A stretch of 64,000 nucleotides of DNA from an uncultured Acetatifactor sp. (GTDB taxonomy: Bacteria; Bacillota; Clostridia; Lachnospirales; Lachnospiraceae): assembly GCA_947625255.1 (NCBI GenBank), contig CANQNT010000014.1, positions 5,977 through 69,976 on the forward strand, read 5' to 3'. Positions 39,651-48,804 of this stretch are shown here, piece after piece. A program made the position numbers and the translations under genes. Under the pieces are notes generated by a model, which worked only from the letters and a program-made list of their open reading frames with translations, was not told the DNA's origin and ran no database searches. Each line of letters opens with the position of its first letter. The first letter of the stretch is position 1.

Positions 39651-40807
39651 AATCTTTCCTCCAGTTTAGCCTCTACGGGAAGAAGCACGATCCGCCTGCG
39701 GGCGCTGATCTGTTTTGACCAATCGGCAGGCGGTTCGTCCGTAACCAGATAGAGCACCGTGATTCCTCCTCCGACAGTCACACGTTCCGTCATTTCCAGA
39801 AGCTCGGGATCCAGCTGATGAACCACGCCCAAGACCAGACTGCCGCTCAAAAGCCCTTCGTCCAACGCCTGCTTCATCGTGGTTGAGACGCGCTCTTTGC
39901 TGTCAAAGACGATTTCCGACACATTGGCATACAAACCGTCAAACGCGACAAGGTTCGGCACATCCGTACGAATAAGCTTGTTTTGGCCATAATAAGCGCT
40001 GAATTCTTTATTTCGCTCCGCGAAAAAATAACCGATTGCCAAAAACGTCTCCAGAATTTTGTTTTCCAAAGGCAGATATTCCGCCATTTCCCCGCTAAAA
40101 CGTCTGGTATCGCAGAATAGGGCGATGCTTCGGTTTTCCTTACCCGTCGTCAGTCTGGTTTTCAGCTTCTGTTCCCTGGCCGTCGCTTTCCAATGAATCC
40201 GCTTCAGCTCGTCTCCCGCCTGGTAATCCCGCACCAGAAGATCCGGCTCCGTACTCCCATACGCATCCCGCTGCAGAAGCATCGGCAGGTCCGCAACGCT
40301 CTTTAACTCCGGGACCTGTACGATACGCGGAGAAACCAGGGCCTTAATCTGACCGGACACCTTATAACGAAAACGAAAAAGACGAAAAAAATCCGTGATC
40401 AAGACTTCTTTCACCCCGATCTCATATTCTCCGCGATATTTGCACACGATTTTCGTTTCATAAGCAGAACTGTCCCCGGGGAACAACTCGTATTCCACGT
40501 CTTCAAAGGAATCTTCCGCATAGGAAAAAGAAGAATGCATCCGGACGCTGACCGCGGTATAAGCAAAATAGTCCTCATTTTGCAGCACGAAAAAGTACGG
40601 TTCCGGCTGCCCGCAAACCAGATTCCTTTTGGTCGTTTCCTGATAAATTTTGAACCGCGAATAAACGCACGACAAATAAATCAGCGACACCAGGGGAATC
40701 AGGGTCACCCCGAAAAAAAAGCCATAGCTGACGGCCCCGCCATAAAAGCTAATCCCTACGAGAGATAAAACCCACAAACCTCCATAGAGGCACCTGCGCT
40801 TCTTCAT
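39647..40807 (-). CDS. DUF58 domain protein
   Basis: N-terminal TMs, YRGEYEIG, VRDYQAGDELKRIHWKATAR. Confidence 0.88.
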   Translation of the reverse strand: MKKRRCLYGGLWVLSLVGISFYGGAVSYGFFFGVTLIPLVSLIYLSCVYSRFKIYQETTKRNLVCGQPEPYFFVLQNEDYFAYTAVSVRMHSSFSYAEDSFEDVEYELFPGDSSAYETKIVCKYRGEYEIGVKEVLITDFFRLFRFRYKVSGQIKALVSPRIVQVPELKSVADLPMLLQRDAYGSTEPDLLVRDYQAGDELKRIHWKATAREQKLKTRLTTGKENRSIALFCDTRRFSGEMAEYLPLENKILETFLAIGYFFAERNKEFSAYYGQNKLIRTDVPNLVAFDGLYANVSEIVFDSKERVSTTMKQALDEGLLSGSLVLGVVHQLDPELLEMTERVTVGGGITVLYLVTDEPPADWSKQISARRRIVLLPVEAKLEERL

Positions 40808-40817
40808 AAATCCGCCC

Positions 40818-41753
40818 TCACGCCACCGGCACCGGTATCTTTTGCAGCAACCCCTTCAAAATATCAGCCGCCCTTTCTTTTCGCATCCTGGCCTCGGAAG
40901 AAAGCACCATTCTATGCATAAGCACCGGGACGGACACTGCCTTGACATCGTCCGGTTTCACATAATCCCGACCCTGCAGGAAAGCCCTCGCCTGAGAAGC
41001 GCGAAGCAGCGCCAACAGGGCTCTGGGACTGGCGCCCAACAGAAACCGCTCCTCCTTTCTGGTGGCAGCGACAAGATCCTCCAAATATACCAGCACAGGC
41101 TCTCTGACTGTCACGGCGGAAACTTTCCCGCGAATATCCAGCACTTCCTCAGCAGTACAGACCCTTTCCGCAGTGTCCGGCGTCTGCCCTGTCAAGAACT
41201 GTACAGCCATCCGAAGCTCTTCTTCCCGCTCAGGATATCCCAGGGACAATCGCATCATGAAACGATCCAGCTGCGCCTCCGGCAGAGAATAGGTTCCAAG
41301 AAACTCGATGGGATTTTCGGTGGCAATGACCATAAAGGGTTCCGGCAGCCTATGCACCAATCCGTCCACTGTCACCTGCCCCTCGGCCATGGCCTCCAGC
41401 AGGCTGGCCTGGGTCTTGGGCGAGGTTCTGTTGATTTCATCCGCCAAAAGGATTTTGTTCATAATCGGCCCCGGACGATATTCAAAATCATTGGTTTTGC
41501 GGTTATAAATTGATACTCCCGTCACATCTCCCGGCAATGTGTCCGGTGTAAATTGTATTCTGCCGAAGCTTCCTCCCATGCTCCGCGCAAGGACCTTCGC
41601 CAAAGTCGTCTTCCCCACGCCCGGCACATCCTCCAGAAGCACATGACCTCCCGCAAACAGGCAGATCAATAAATTTTCCACCACATCCGCTTTCCCCACA
41701 AAGACACGGCTGATATTCTCTTTTAAGCCTTGGGCCAGTTCAAATTCTTTCAT
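40818..41753 (-). CDS. MoxR family AAA+ ATPase
   Basis: LLEDVPGVGKT, RIQFTPDTLPGD, LADEINRTSPKTQASLLEAM, LPEAQLDRF. Confidence 0.95.
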   Translation of the reverse strand: MKEFELAQGLKENISRVFVGKADVVENLLICLFAGGHVLLEDVPGVGKTTLAKVLARSMGGSFGRIQFTPDTLPGDVTGVSIYNRKTNDFEYRPGPIMNKILLADEINRTSPKTQASLLEAMAEGQVTVDGLVHRLPEPFMVIATENPIEFLGTYSLPEAQLDRFMMRLSLGYPEREEELRMAVQFLTGQTPDTAERVCTAEEVLDIRGKVSAVTVREPVLVYLEDLVAATRKEERFLLGASPRALLALLRASQARAFLQGRDYVKPDDVKAVSVPVLMHRMVLSSEARMRKERAADILKGLLQKIPVPVA

Positions 41754-42067
41754 TTATTTTCCCCTATCATCGGACACCTCTCTTTGACCACGTCAAAGTC
41801 TTCCTTGGGCCTCCGGTATTCACGCCATTTGCAGTGCCCTGATTCCGATAACCGGTTTAAGATCTTTCTTTTTATTATATTTTTATTATAAAGGAAGCCT
41901 TTCTGTACGTCAATTATAATCCTTGGTAACTTTAGGAATTTTCTTTCCTGTCCCCATTGCAAAAAATAAGCGGCCATACAATTACTGCATGACCGCTCAT
42001 ATTTCCGGATTTCAATTTTCTCAAACAACGAAGAACGTACGCTTCACGAACTTCCTATGATCACAGA

Positions 42068-43003
42068 TCACATACCCATCTGCTTGGCCACTTCGGCCGC
42101 GAAGTCTTCGCTCTTCTTTTCAATTCCTTCTCCGGTCTCGAAACGAACGAAGCTCTTAACGCTCAACTTTGCGCCGGTTTCCCTGGCAACCTGAGCAATA
42201 TACTGGGATACGGTCTGCTTGCCATCCTCAGCTTTTACATAAATCTGATCAAGCAGACAAACCTCTTTCAGCTCTTTGTTCAGTCTGCCCATGATCGCGC
42301 CCTCGACCACCTTTTCGGGTTTGCCGGCCATTTTGGGATCCTGAGCAATCTGCGCCGCGATAATCTCCTTTTCATGAGCCTTGTACTCTTCGGATACATC
42401 CGCAGTGGAAACATACTTGGGATTCAAAGCCGCAACCTGCATGGCGATATTGGTCATTGCCTCTTTCACCGCATCGTTCACCACATCGGAAACCGCCTCG
42501 ACAATAACGCCGATTCTGCCGCCGCCATGTACATAGGTGGCAACAAAACCGTCCCTGGCAACAACCTTGGCAAATCTTCTGATGTTCAGATTCTCACCGA
42601 TCACGGCAACCTTTTCCACCAGAGCTTCCTTTACAGTCTTTGTAGGATCACCGATCCATCTTTCCGCAAGGAACGCATCGATCTCAGCCGCATCGCTCTC
42701 AACAGCCTGCGCCGCAACCGCTTCTACATACTTCTGGAAATCCTCGTTCTTTGCTACGAAATCCGTTTCGGAATTCACCTCCACCACTGCCGCGGTGTCA
42801 ACGCCCTTAACGGCGATACGGCAGATTCCCTCCGCAGCGATTCTGCCGGCTTTCTTCTCAGCCTTAGCCTGTCCATTCTTTCTCAGATATTCAACAGCTT
42901 CGTCCATGTTTCCATTGGTCTCTGACAAAGCTTTTTTACAATCCATCATACCCGCGCCGGTCATCTCGCGCAGTTCCTTTACCATTGCTGCTGTAATAGC
43001 CAT
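42068..43003 (-). CDS. tsf: Elongation factor Ts
   Basis: VKELREMTGAGMMDCKKAL, VEVNSETDFVAKN. Confidence 0.97.
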   Translation of the reverse strand: MAITAAMVKELREMTGAGMMDCKKALSETNGNMDEAVEYLRKNGQAKAEKKAGRIAAEGICRIAVKGVDTAAVVEVNSETDFVAKNEDFQKYVEAVAAQAVESDAAEIDAFLAERWIGDPTKTVKEALVEKVAVIGENLNIRRFAKVVARDGFVATYVHGGGRIGVIVEAVSDVVNDAVKEAMTNIAMQVAALNPKYVSTADVSEEYKAHEKEIIAAQIAQDPKMAGKPEKVVEGAIMGRLNKELKEVCLLDQIYVKAEDGKQTVSQYIAQVARETGAKLSVKSFVRFETGEGIEKKSEDFAAEVAKQMGM

Positions 43004-43044
43004 TTTATATCTCTCCTTCCATGGTCTTGCAATCAATCGCCTGA

Positions 43045-43827
43045 TTATTCCGCGTCATCCTCCGCCGCGGCAGCCACTTCCTCGATGTCGGCAGACTCGA
43101 TATCCGCAGCTTGCAGAGCCTGCTGTTCTTCAACATCAGTCGCTTCGCCCTGATGCGCCTCGATCACGGCATCAGCCATCTTGGAAACAATCAGCTTCAC
43201 GGCTCTGATCGCGTCATCATTGCCGGGAATGATGTAATCCAATTCCTCAGGATCACAGTTGGTATCGCCGATACCGATCAGGGTGATCCCCAGGGTATGC
43301 GCTTCCTGTACACAGATTCTCTCTTTCTTCGGATCAACCACGAAAATCGCATCGGGCACTCTGGTCATTTCCTTGATGCCGCCAAGGTTCTTCTCCAGCT
43401 TATCCCATTCCTTCTTCAGGGCAATAACTTCCTTCTTCGGCAGCACGTCAAAGGTACCGTCCTGGGACATCGTTTCGATCTTGTGAAGTCTGTCGATACG
43501 GGAACGGATGGTCTTGAAGTTGGTCAGCATACCGCCCAGCCATCTCTCATTTACATAATACATACCGCAGCGCTCCGCCTCGGTCTTCACGGCATCCTGG
43601 GCCTGCTTCTTGGTTCCTACGAACAAAATCGTACCGCCCTGGGCCGCGATCTCGGAAATCGCGCGATAAGCCTCATCCACCTTGACAACAGATTTCTGCA
43701 GGTCGATGATGTGGATTCCATTCCTCTCGGTGAAGATGTAAGGAGCCATCTTAGGGTTCCATCTTCTCGTCTGGTGTCCGAAATGAACACCCGCTTCCAG
43801 CAACTGCTTCATAGAAATAACGCTCAT
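43045..43827 (-). CDS. rpsB: 30S ribosomal protein S2
   Basis: [35 protein letters not shown]. Confidence 0.98.
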   Translation of the reverse strand: MSVISMKQLLEAGVHFGHQTRRWNPKMAPYIFTERNGIHIIDLQKSVVKVDEAYRAISEIAAQGGTILFVGTKKQAQDAVKTEAERCGMYYVNERWLGGMLTNFKTIRSRIDRLHKIETMSQDGTFDVLPKKEVIALKKEWDKLEKNLGGIKEMTRVPDAIFVVDPKKERICVQEAHTLGITLIGIGDTNCDPEELDYIIPGNDDAIRAVKLIVSKMADAVIEAHQGEATDVEEQQALQAADIESADIEEVAAAAEDDAE

Positions 43828-43834
43828 GTCAATC

Positions 43835-44020
43835 CCTCCATTTGGTTAATCTGGACCTTTGGTCCCTCTTCCGCGTTCCTTTTCTGTCATATCCGCGTTA
43901 AGAATCCGACAAACTCCGCCGCCAATTCCCGATCATGCCATTCCGCGGCCAACCGCCGCGATCATAGGCCACTCTATCAGCAACACCGACAGCGAATCAG
44001 AACGCGTGTTTTGTAGTCAC
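43835..44020 (-). promoter_or_regulatory. Putative S2 autoregulatory leader of rpsB
   Basis: Roughly 190-nt structured 5' UTR starting AACACGCGTTCTGATT..GGTG, resembling Firmicute rpsB leaders from memory. Boundaries approximate. Confidence 0.45.
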
Positions 44021-44029
44021 AACGGGGAA

Positions 44030-44058
44030 ATTATAACATAAGAAAACCCCTCTTGCAA
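44030..44058 (-). promoter_or_regulatory. Sigma-A promoter of rpsB-tsf
   Basis: TTGCAA(44053-44058)-N17-TATAAT(44030-44035) with an extended TG. Confidence 0.7.
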
Positions 44059-44121
44059 GGGGTTTTCTGAAAAAATTGACACAAATCCTCTTTCAGTAAA
44101 TCCTCTTTCCTGACGGCGGAA

Positions 44122-45609
44122 TTATGTCAGCTTCATTTTAAATACGATGGGATCCTCGCTTCTGAATCCGGTCGTCAGATGCAAGCCCTCTTCGTCCCTT
44201 TTCCATACAGGTTTCTCTTCGCACCCCAGCACTTCAATATCCGTGATCATTCCATGGAAATTGGCCTGTCTGGAAGCATCCTGTTCCCCCAGGGTGGTGA
44301 TGCAGTATTCGCCATTTTCGCTGCACTTCAATGCGATGGCATACAGACAGCCGTTTGCCATAGTGAAGCGAAAATCCTTAGAAGTGAAATTCTTCTTGAT
44401 CCCATCGGAGAACTGGCCGTCTACAACCCGGGTAGGCCCTTCTCCATATTTACGGTACACCCTCGAACCATAAATGGCTTCCCCATTGATCTCCAGCCAC
44501 TTTCCGATATGCAGAAGCACATCCGTATCTTCTTCCGTAATCGTTCCGTCAGGCTTCGGACCCACATTGAGCAGGAGACAGCCATTCTTGCTGACGATGT
44601 CCGCCAGGTCACAGATGATATCCGTAGCGGGACGGAACTGGTTATGATCTGTATATCCCCAGGAATTCAGGGCAATGGCCGTATCCGTCTGCCAGAAGTA
44701 GGGCTTCACATCCGCAAACTGTCCTCTTTCCACGTCAGGCACGGCCGTTCCGAACAAAAAGGCATCATGCTTGTAATTGATCGCCACTTCTATGCCCCAT
44801 TCCGCGGCCCTGTTATAATAATAAGCAGCCAGCTTTTTCAGATACGGCTTGCAGGCGCTGTGCTGAATCCACCAGTCAAAATAGAGGACCTTCGGCTGAT
44901 AACGGTCTATGATCTCGCAGGTGCGCACCAGCCAATCCTGTAGGTATTCTTCCGTCGGCATCGGCTCACTGAAAATATCCTGATGATCCCGCTCCGGCAT
45001 CGCCGGCCAATAGAAATCTCCTCTTTGCATCGGCTCCTTGATATCGCTGTCGAATTCCCTTCCATGGGACATGAAAAACCAGTGCTCCACTCTATGGGAA
45101 GATGCGCCGATCAGCATTCCTCTGCGTTCACACTGCTCTTTCAGCTCGCCTAAGACATCTCTCCCGGGCCCCATCTCAAAGGCATTCCAATGAGAAATTT
45201 CACTCTTGTACATCTGGAAACCGTCATGATGCTCCGCTACCGGCACCACATATCTGGCGCCAGCCTTTTGAAACAACTGGGCCCATTTATTCGCATCAAA
45301 CCGTTCCGCCTTGAACATCGGAATGAAATCCTTGTAGCCAAATTGGCTGTGCTTTCCGTAAGTCTGAATATGATGTTCATATTCACGGGAACCCTGTATG
45401 TACATATTCCGGGAATACCACTCGCTGCCAAAGCCCGGCACGCTATAGATTCCCCAATGAATAAAAATACCAAACTTGGCCTTCCGATACCATTCCGGTA
45501 CCTGGTAAGAGGACAAAGACTCCCACGTATCCGTATAGGGTCCCTGAGCAATCACTTTGTCGATGGTCTCCAAATACGGTTTCATATCATATAACTTCTG
45601 CCTGCTCAT
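44122..45609 (-). CDS. GH29 alpha-L-fucosidase
   Basis: KFGIFIHWG, AEHHDGF, LYFDWW, DIVSKNGCLLLNVGP, WLEINGEAIYG. Confidence 0.92.
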   Translation of the reverse strand: MSRQKLYDMKPYLETIDKVIAQGPYTDTWESLSSYQVPEWYRKAKFGIFIHWGIYSVPGFGSEWYSRNMYIQGSREYEHHIQTYGKHSQFGYKDFIPMFKAERFDANKWAQLFQKAGARYVVPVAEHHDGFQMYKSEISHWNAFEMGPGRDVLGELKEQCERRGMLIGASSHRVEHWFFMSHGREFDSDIKEPMQRGDFYWPAMPERDHQDIFSEPMPTEEYLQDWLVRTCEIIDRYQPKVLYFDWWIQHSACKPYLKKLAAYYYNRAAEWGIEVAINYKHDAFLFGTAVPDVERGQFADVKPYFWQTDTAIALNSWGYTDHNQFRPATDIICDLADIVSKNGCLLLNVGPKPDGTITEEDTDVLLHIGKWLEINGEAIYGSRVYRKYGEGPTRVVDGQFSDGIKKNFTSKDFRFTMANGCLYAIALKCSENGEYCITTLGEQDASRQANFHGMITDIEVLGCEEKPVWKRDEEGLHLTTGFRSEDPIVFKMKLT

Positions 45610-45685
45610 CCGGTTATCGTTCCTTTCTTTTGATCCCTGCAGCAGCCGTACCATACCTTTTCCATACAGGCACTGGCGCCGGCAC

Positions 45686-46711
45686 TTATTCCGCTTTCCA
45701 GGCAGCCCGGCTGCCATCCACGTCCCACAGGTCTTCCCAGCCATTAGCGCCTTCCCAGAGGAACACCTGCCCTTTCACCAGCCGGCAATTGCAGTCCTCT
45801 TTCTCAATGGCCGCCATCTCCTCTTCCGATAACGGATCTTCCGTCACACACGTCAGATTGGAAACATATTGAGGTTCCTTCACAGAGAAAGGAATGGGAA
45901 CCTGACCGCGCTGTACCGCCCATTTCAGGCATACGAGAGCGGGATGTATTCCATGAGCCCTTGCCGCGGCTGTTATCGCGGGCAATTCCCCATCCGCCAC
46001 GTCATCTGCCGTCCTGTCCCTCTCCGGTCTGGACGGAGAACCAATGGGACAATACCCAATGGGCAGCAGCTCATGAGCCACCGCGTAGTCAAATAACTCA
46101 GGCTGTTGGAAAGAAGGGTGCAATTCCATTTCCAGCGCCGCCGGTTTGATTCTGCACAAAGGCAATACCGCCTCCAGCTTCGGGATCGTCATGTTGCTCA
46201 TGCCGATGTAACGAACCAGCCCCTTATCGACCAATTCCTCGCACTGTCTCCAGGCCGCCATGAATTCTTCCACGGAAAAAGGCCTGGAATCCGGATTTCT
46301 GGCATCCTTGCCACAACCAGGCGCGTGATAGTTAGGAAAAGGCCAGTGCACAAAATAAAGATCGATCCTGTCAAGACGCAAATCCGCCAGACTCTTTTTG
46401 CAGGACTCCATTACCTTGCCCTGTCCGTGCATATCATTCCATACTTTGGAGGTAATGAACAACTCTTCCCGTTTTACCACGCCCTCCCGCATCACTTTCC
46501 GCAATACCTCGCCGATCTTATCCTCATTTTGATAAACCGCGGCACAGTCGATCATCCGATAACCGAATTTGATCGCCCCATATACCGCTTCCGCAATCTG
46601 TTCCGGGCTATATTTATCCGATCCAAAGGTTCCCAGACCTATACAGGGTATCCGCTCCCCCGTATAAAGCGCCCTTGTAGGAACCAGGCCTGCATTCATT
46701 TTCTCCGCCAT
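45686..46711 (-). CDS. Aldo/keto reductase (aldose-reductase-like)
   Basis: IGLGTFG, GYRMIDCAAVYQNE, FITSKVWN, DLYFVHWP, IGMSN. Confidence 0.9.
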   Translation of the reverse strand: MAEKMNAGLVPTRALYTGERIPCIGLGTFGSDKYSPEQIAEAVYGAIKFGYRMIDCAAVYQNEDKIGEVLRKVMREGVVKREELFITSKVWNDMHGQGKVMESCKKSLADLRLDRIDLYFVHWPFPNYHAPGCGKDARNPDSRPFSVEEFMAAWRQCEELVDKGLVRYIGMSNMTIPKLEAVLPLCRIKPAALEMELHPSFQQPELFDYAVAHELLPIGYCPIGSPSRPERDRTADDVADGELPAITAAARAHGIHPALVCLKWAVQRGQVPIPFSVKEPQYVSNLTCVTEDPLSEEEMAAIEKEDCNCRLVKGQVFLWEGANGWEDLWDVDGSRAAWKAE

Positions 46712-46721
46712 CCGTTTCTCC

Positions 46722-47786
46722 TTACTGTTCGCCGAACACTACGGCAACCTTACCGCACTGACCGCCGGCCATCAGACGATATGCCTCATCGGCCCGCTCA
46801 ATCGGGAATTCATGAGTGATCAAATCCTCGGGATGAATTCCCCAGCGTACCAGACGCTCCACCAGCTCTTCCATTCTCCACAAGGAGGTAACCCAGGAAC
46901 CGTAGATCGTCTTCTGTCCATGAATGATGTCAGGGCTGGGATTGAATGTACAGGTTCCGCCTTCTCCCACAAAGGCGATCTTGCCCCATTCTCTCGCCGC
47001 GCGGATCGCCAGCTGCCTGCCCGCATCGCTGGCGCTGGCATCAATGGCTCTCTCCACGCCATTTCCAGCGGTCACTCCCATGATTTTATCCAAAGTATCC
47101 TCGCCGGGTTTGAATACATAATCCACAAGGCCGAGCTTCTTGGCCAAGTCAATCCGATAATCGTTCATCTCTACGCCAATCAGCATATTAGCGCCCATAC
47201 TCTTAGCCAACATCAGGGCTGCCAGGCCTACAGGGCCCAAACCCGTTACCAGGACCGCGTCATTGCCGCAGATTCCGATCTTTTCAATCGCCTCATAGAC
47301 TGTGCCAAAACCGCATGCCACCTGGGCGCCATCCTTATAGGTCAGTTCATCCGGAAGGGCGATCAGATCCTTTTCTTCCGCTAAAATGTAAGGCGCCATG
47401 CCGCCGTTACGCTGCCAGCCATAAGCCTGACGGAATTTGCTCTTGCAGGAAATATAATAACCTCTTCTGCAGTCATTGCAGACACCACAGCCGGAAATAT
47501 GATACACAATCACCCTGTCACCTTTTTTGAAACGCCTCAGGCCCTCGCCCTCCTCTACAATGACGCCGCAAGGCTCATGACCCGCTACCATACCGGGAAT
47601 ATATCCTTCCGGGCCTTTTCCTACATGCTCTCTATAGATACAGCGGATATCACTGCCACAGATCGTGGTCGCTTTGGTCTGTATCAGAACCTGACCGTGT
47701 TCCGGCTTCGGGATTTCAAAATCTTTCAATTCAACCGTACTGTTACCGGGTAAGATAGCACCCTTCATCATCATTTTTACCGCCAT
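46722..47786 (-). CDS. Zinc-dependent MDR dehydrogenase, E. coli YphC-like
   Basis: LPGNSTV, CGSD, GHEPCG, YHISGCGVCNDCRRG, AYGWQRNGG, LAEEKDLI and GSWVTSL match my recollection of YphC. Confidence 0.85.
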   Translation of the reverse strand: MAVKMMMKGAILPGNSTVELKDFEIPKPEHGQVLIQTKATTICGSDIRCIYREHVGKGPEGYIPGMVAGHEPCGVIVEEGEGLRRFKKGDRVIVYHISGCGVCNDCRRGYYISCKSKFRQAYGWQRNGGMAPYILAEEKDLIALPDELTYKDGAQVACGFGTVYEAIEKIGICGNDAVLVTGLGPVGLAALMLAKSMGANMLIGVEMNDYRIDLAKKLGLVDYVFKPGEDTLDKIMGVTAGNGVERAIDASASDAGRQLAIRAAREWGKIAFVGEGGTCTFNPSPDIIHGQKTIYGSWVTSLWRMEELVERLVRWGIHPEDLITHEFPIERADEAYRLMAGGQCGKVAVVFGEQ

Positions 47787-47826
47787 ATGCCGCTCCTTTC
47801 TTGTTCCGGATAGTCGCCTTCTCAAT

Positions 47827-48615
47827 CTAATTTCTACCCTTCTGCTTCTTTAACTCTTCCACCTTTTCAAATACCACATCATTCAGCACCTTGATGTAGG
47901 TCCCTTTCATACCGGAAGAACGGGACTCGATCACACCCGCGCTTTCGAACTTGCGAAGCGCATTGACGATGACGGAACGCGTGATTCCCACCCGGTCAGC
48001 GATCTTGCTGGCAACCAGAATCCCTTCCATTCCATTAAGCTCGTCAAAAATATGCGTGATGGCCTCCATCTCAGAAAAAGAAAGGGTGCTGATGGCGGAA
48101 TTCACCACTTCTCTTTTACGGTTTTCCTCCGCGCTTTCCTCATTGACCGCGCGAAGCATCTCCAAACCGACCACCGTGCTGCCATACTCGCAAAGTATGA
48201 TATCGTCAATGTCATATTGCTCATTACACTTATATATGAACAGCGTTCCCAGCCGTTCCCCTGCAATCTCGATGGGCGTGACAATTGCCTGAAACTTCTT
48301 GATATCCGTACTTTCAAACCCCAATGTCTCCAAATTGACATTTTCCTTGGTGGAAAGCACTGCCAAAAGCCGCTCATTCAACATGGGATCAATAAAGCCC
48401 CCCACCGTGTCGGCCAACAATTCCCTGATCGTATCGATCCGCTCCATCTTGCCAATGCCCAGGACCTTTCCTTTCCGACTGATCACCAACACATTCGAAT
48501 TTAAAATCTCCCGCAGCACCTTGCAAATATCATTAAACACTACCTTACTGGAATTGTTATTATGCAATAACTTCCCAATCTTCCTCGTCTTATCCAACAA
48601 CTGTACACTACTCAT
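47827..48615 (-). CDS. codY: GTP/BCAA-sensing pleiotropic repressor CodY
   Basis: LLDKTRKI, GERLGTL, ASKIADRVGITRSVIVNALRKFESAGVIESRSSGMKGT. Confidence 0.97.
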   Translation of the reverse strand: MSSVQLLDKTRKIGKLLHNNNSSKVVFNDICKVLREILNSNVLVISRKGKVLGIGKMERIDTIRELLADTVGGFIDPMLNERLLAVLSTKENVNLETLGFESTDIKKFQAIVTPIEIAGERLGTLFIYKCNEQYDIDDIILCEYGSTVVGLEMLRAVNEESAEENRKREVVNSAISTLSFSEMEAITHIFDELNGMEGILVASKIADRVGITRSVIVNALRKFESAGVIESRSSGMKGTYIKVLNDVVFEKVEELKKQKGRN

Positions 48616-48804
48616 ACACATTCCTCCGTCCATTTTGTTGCACCATTCTTATTGTAACATAACCAATGTCAGATTACAATGCGCATAATACCAATTTTTC
48701 TGAACTTTTATCCCCAGTTCCGTCAGAAACGAAGCAGGTGCGAAAATTCGCGCAAGTACGAATTTTCACACCTGCTTCGTTTCTAGGAAAGCGCCCGTTT
48801 CCAT

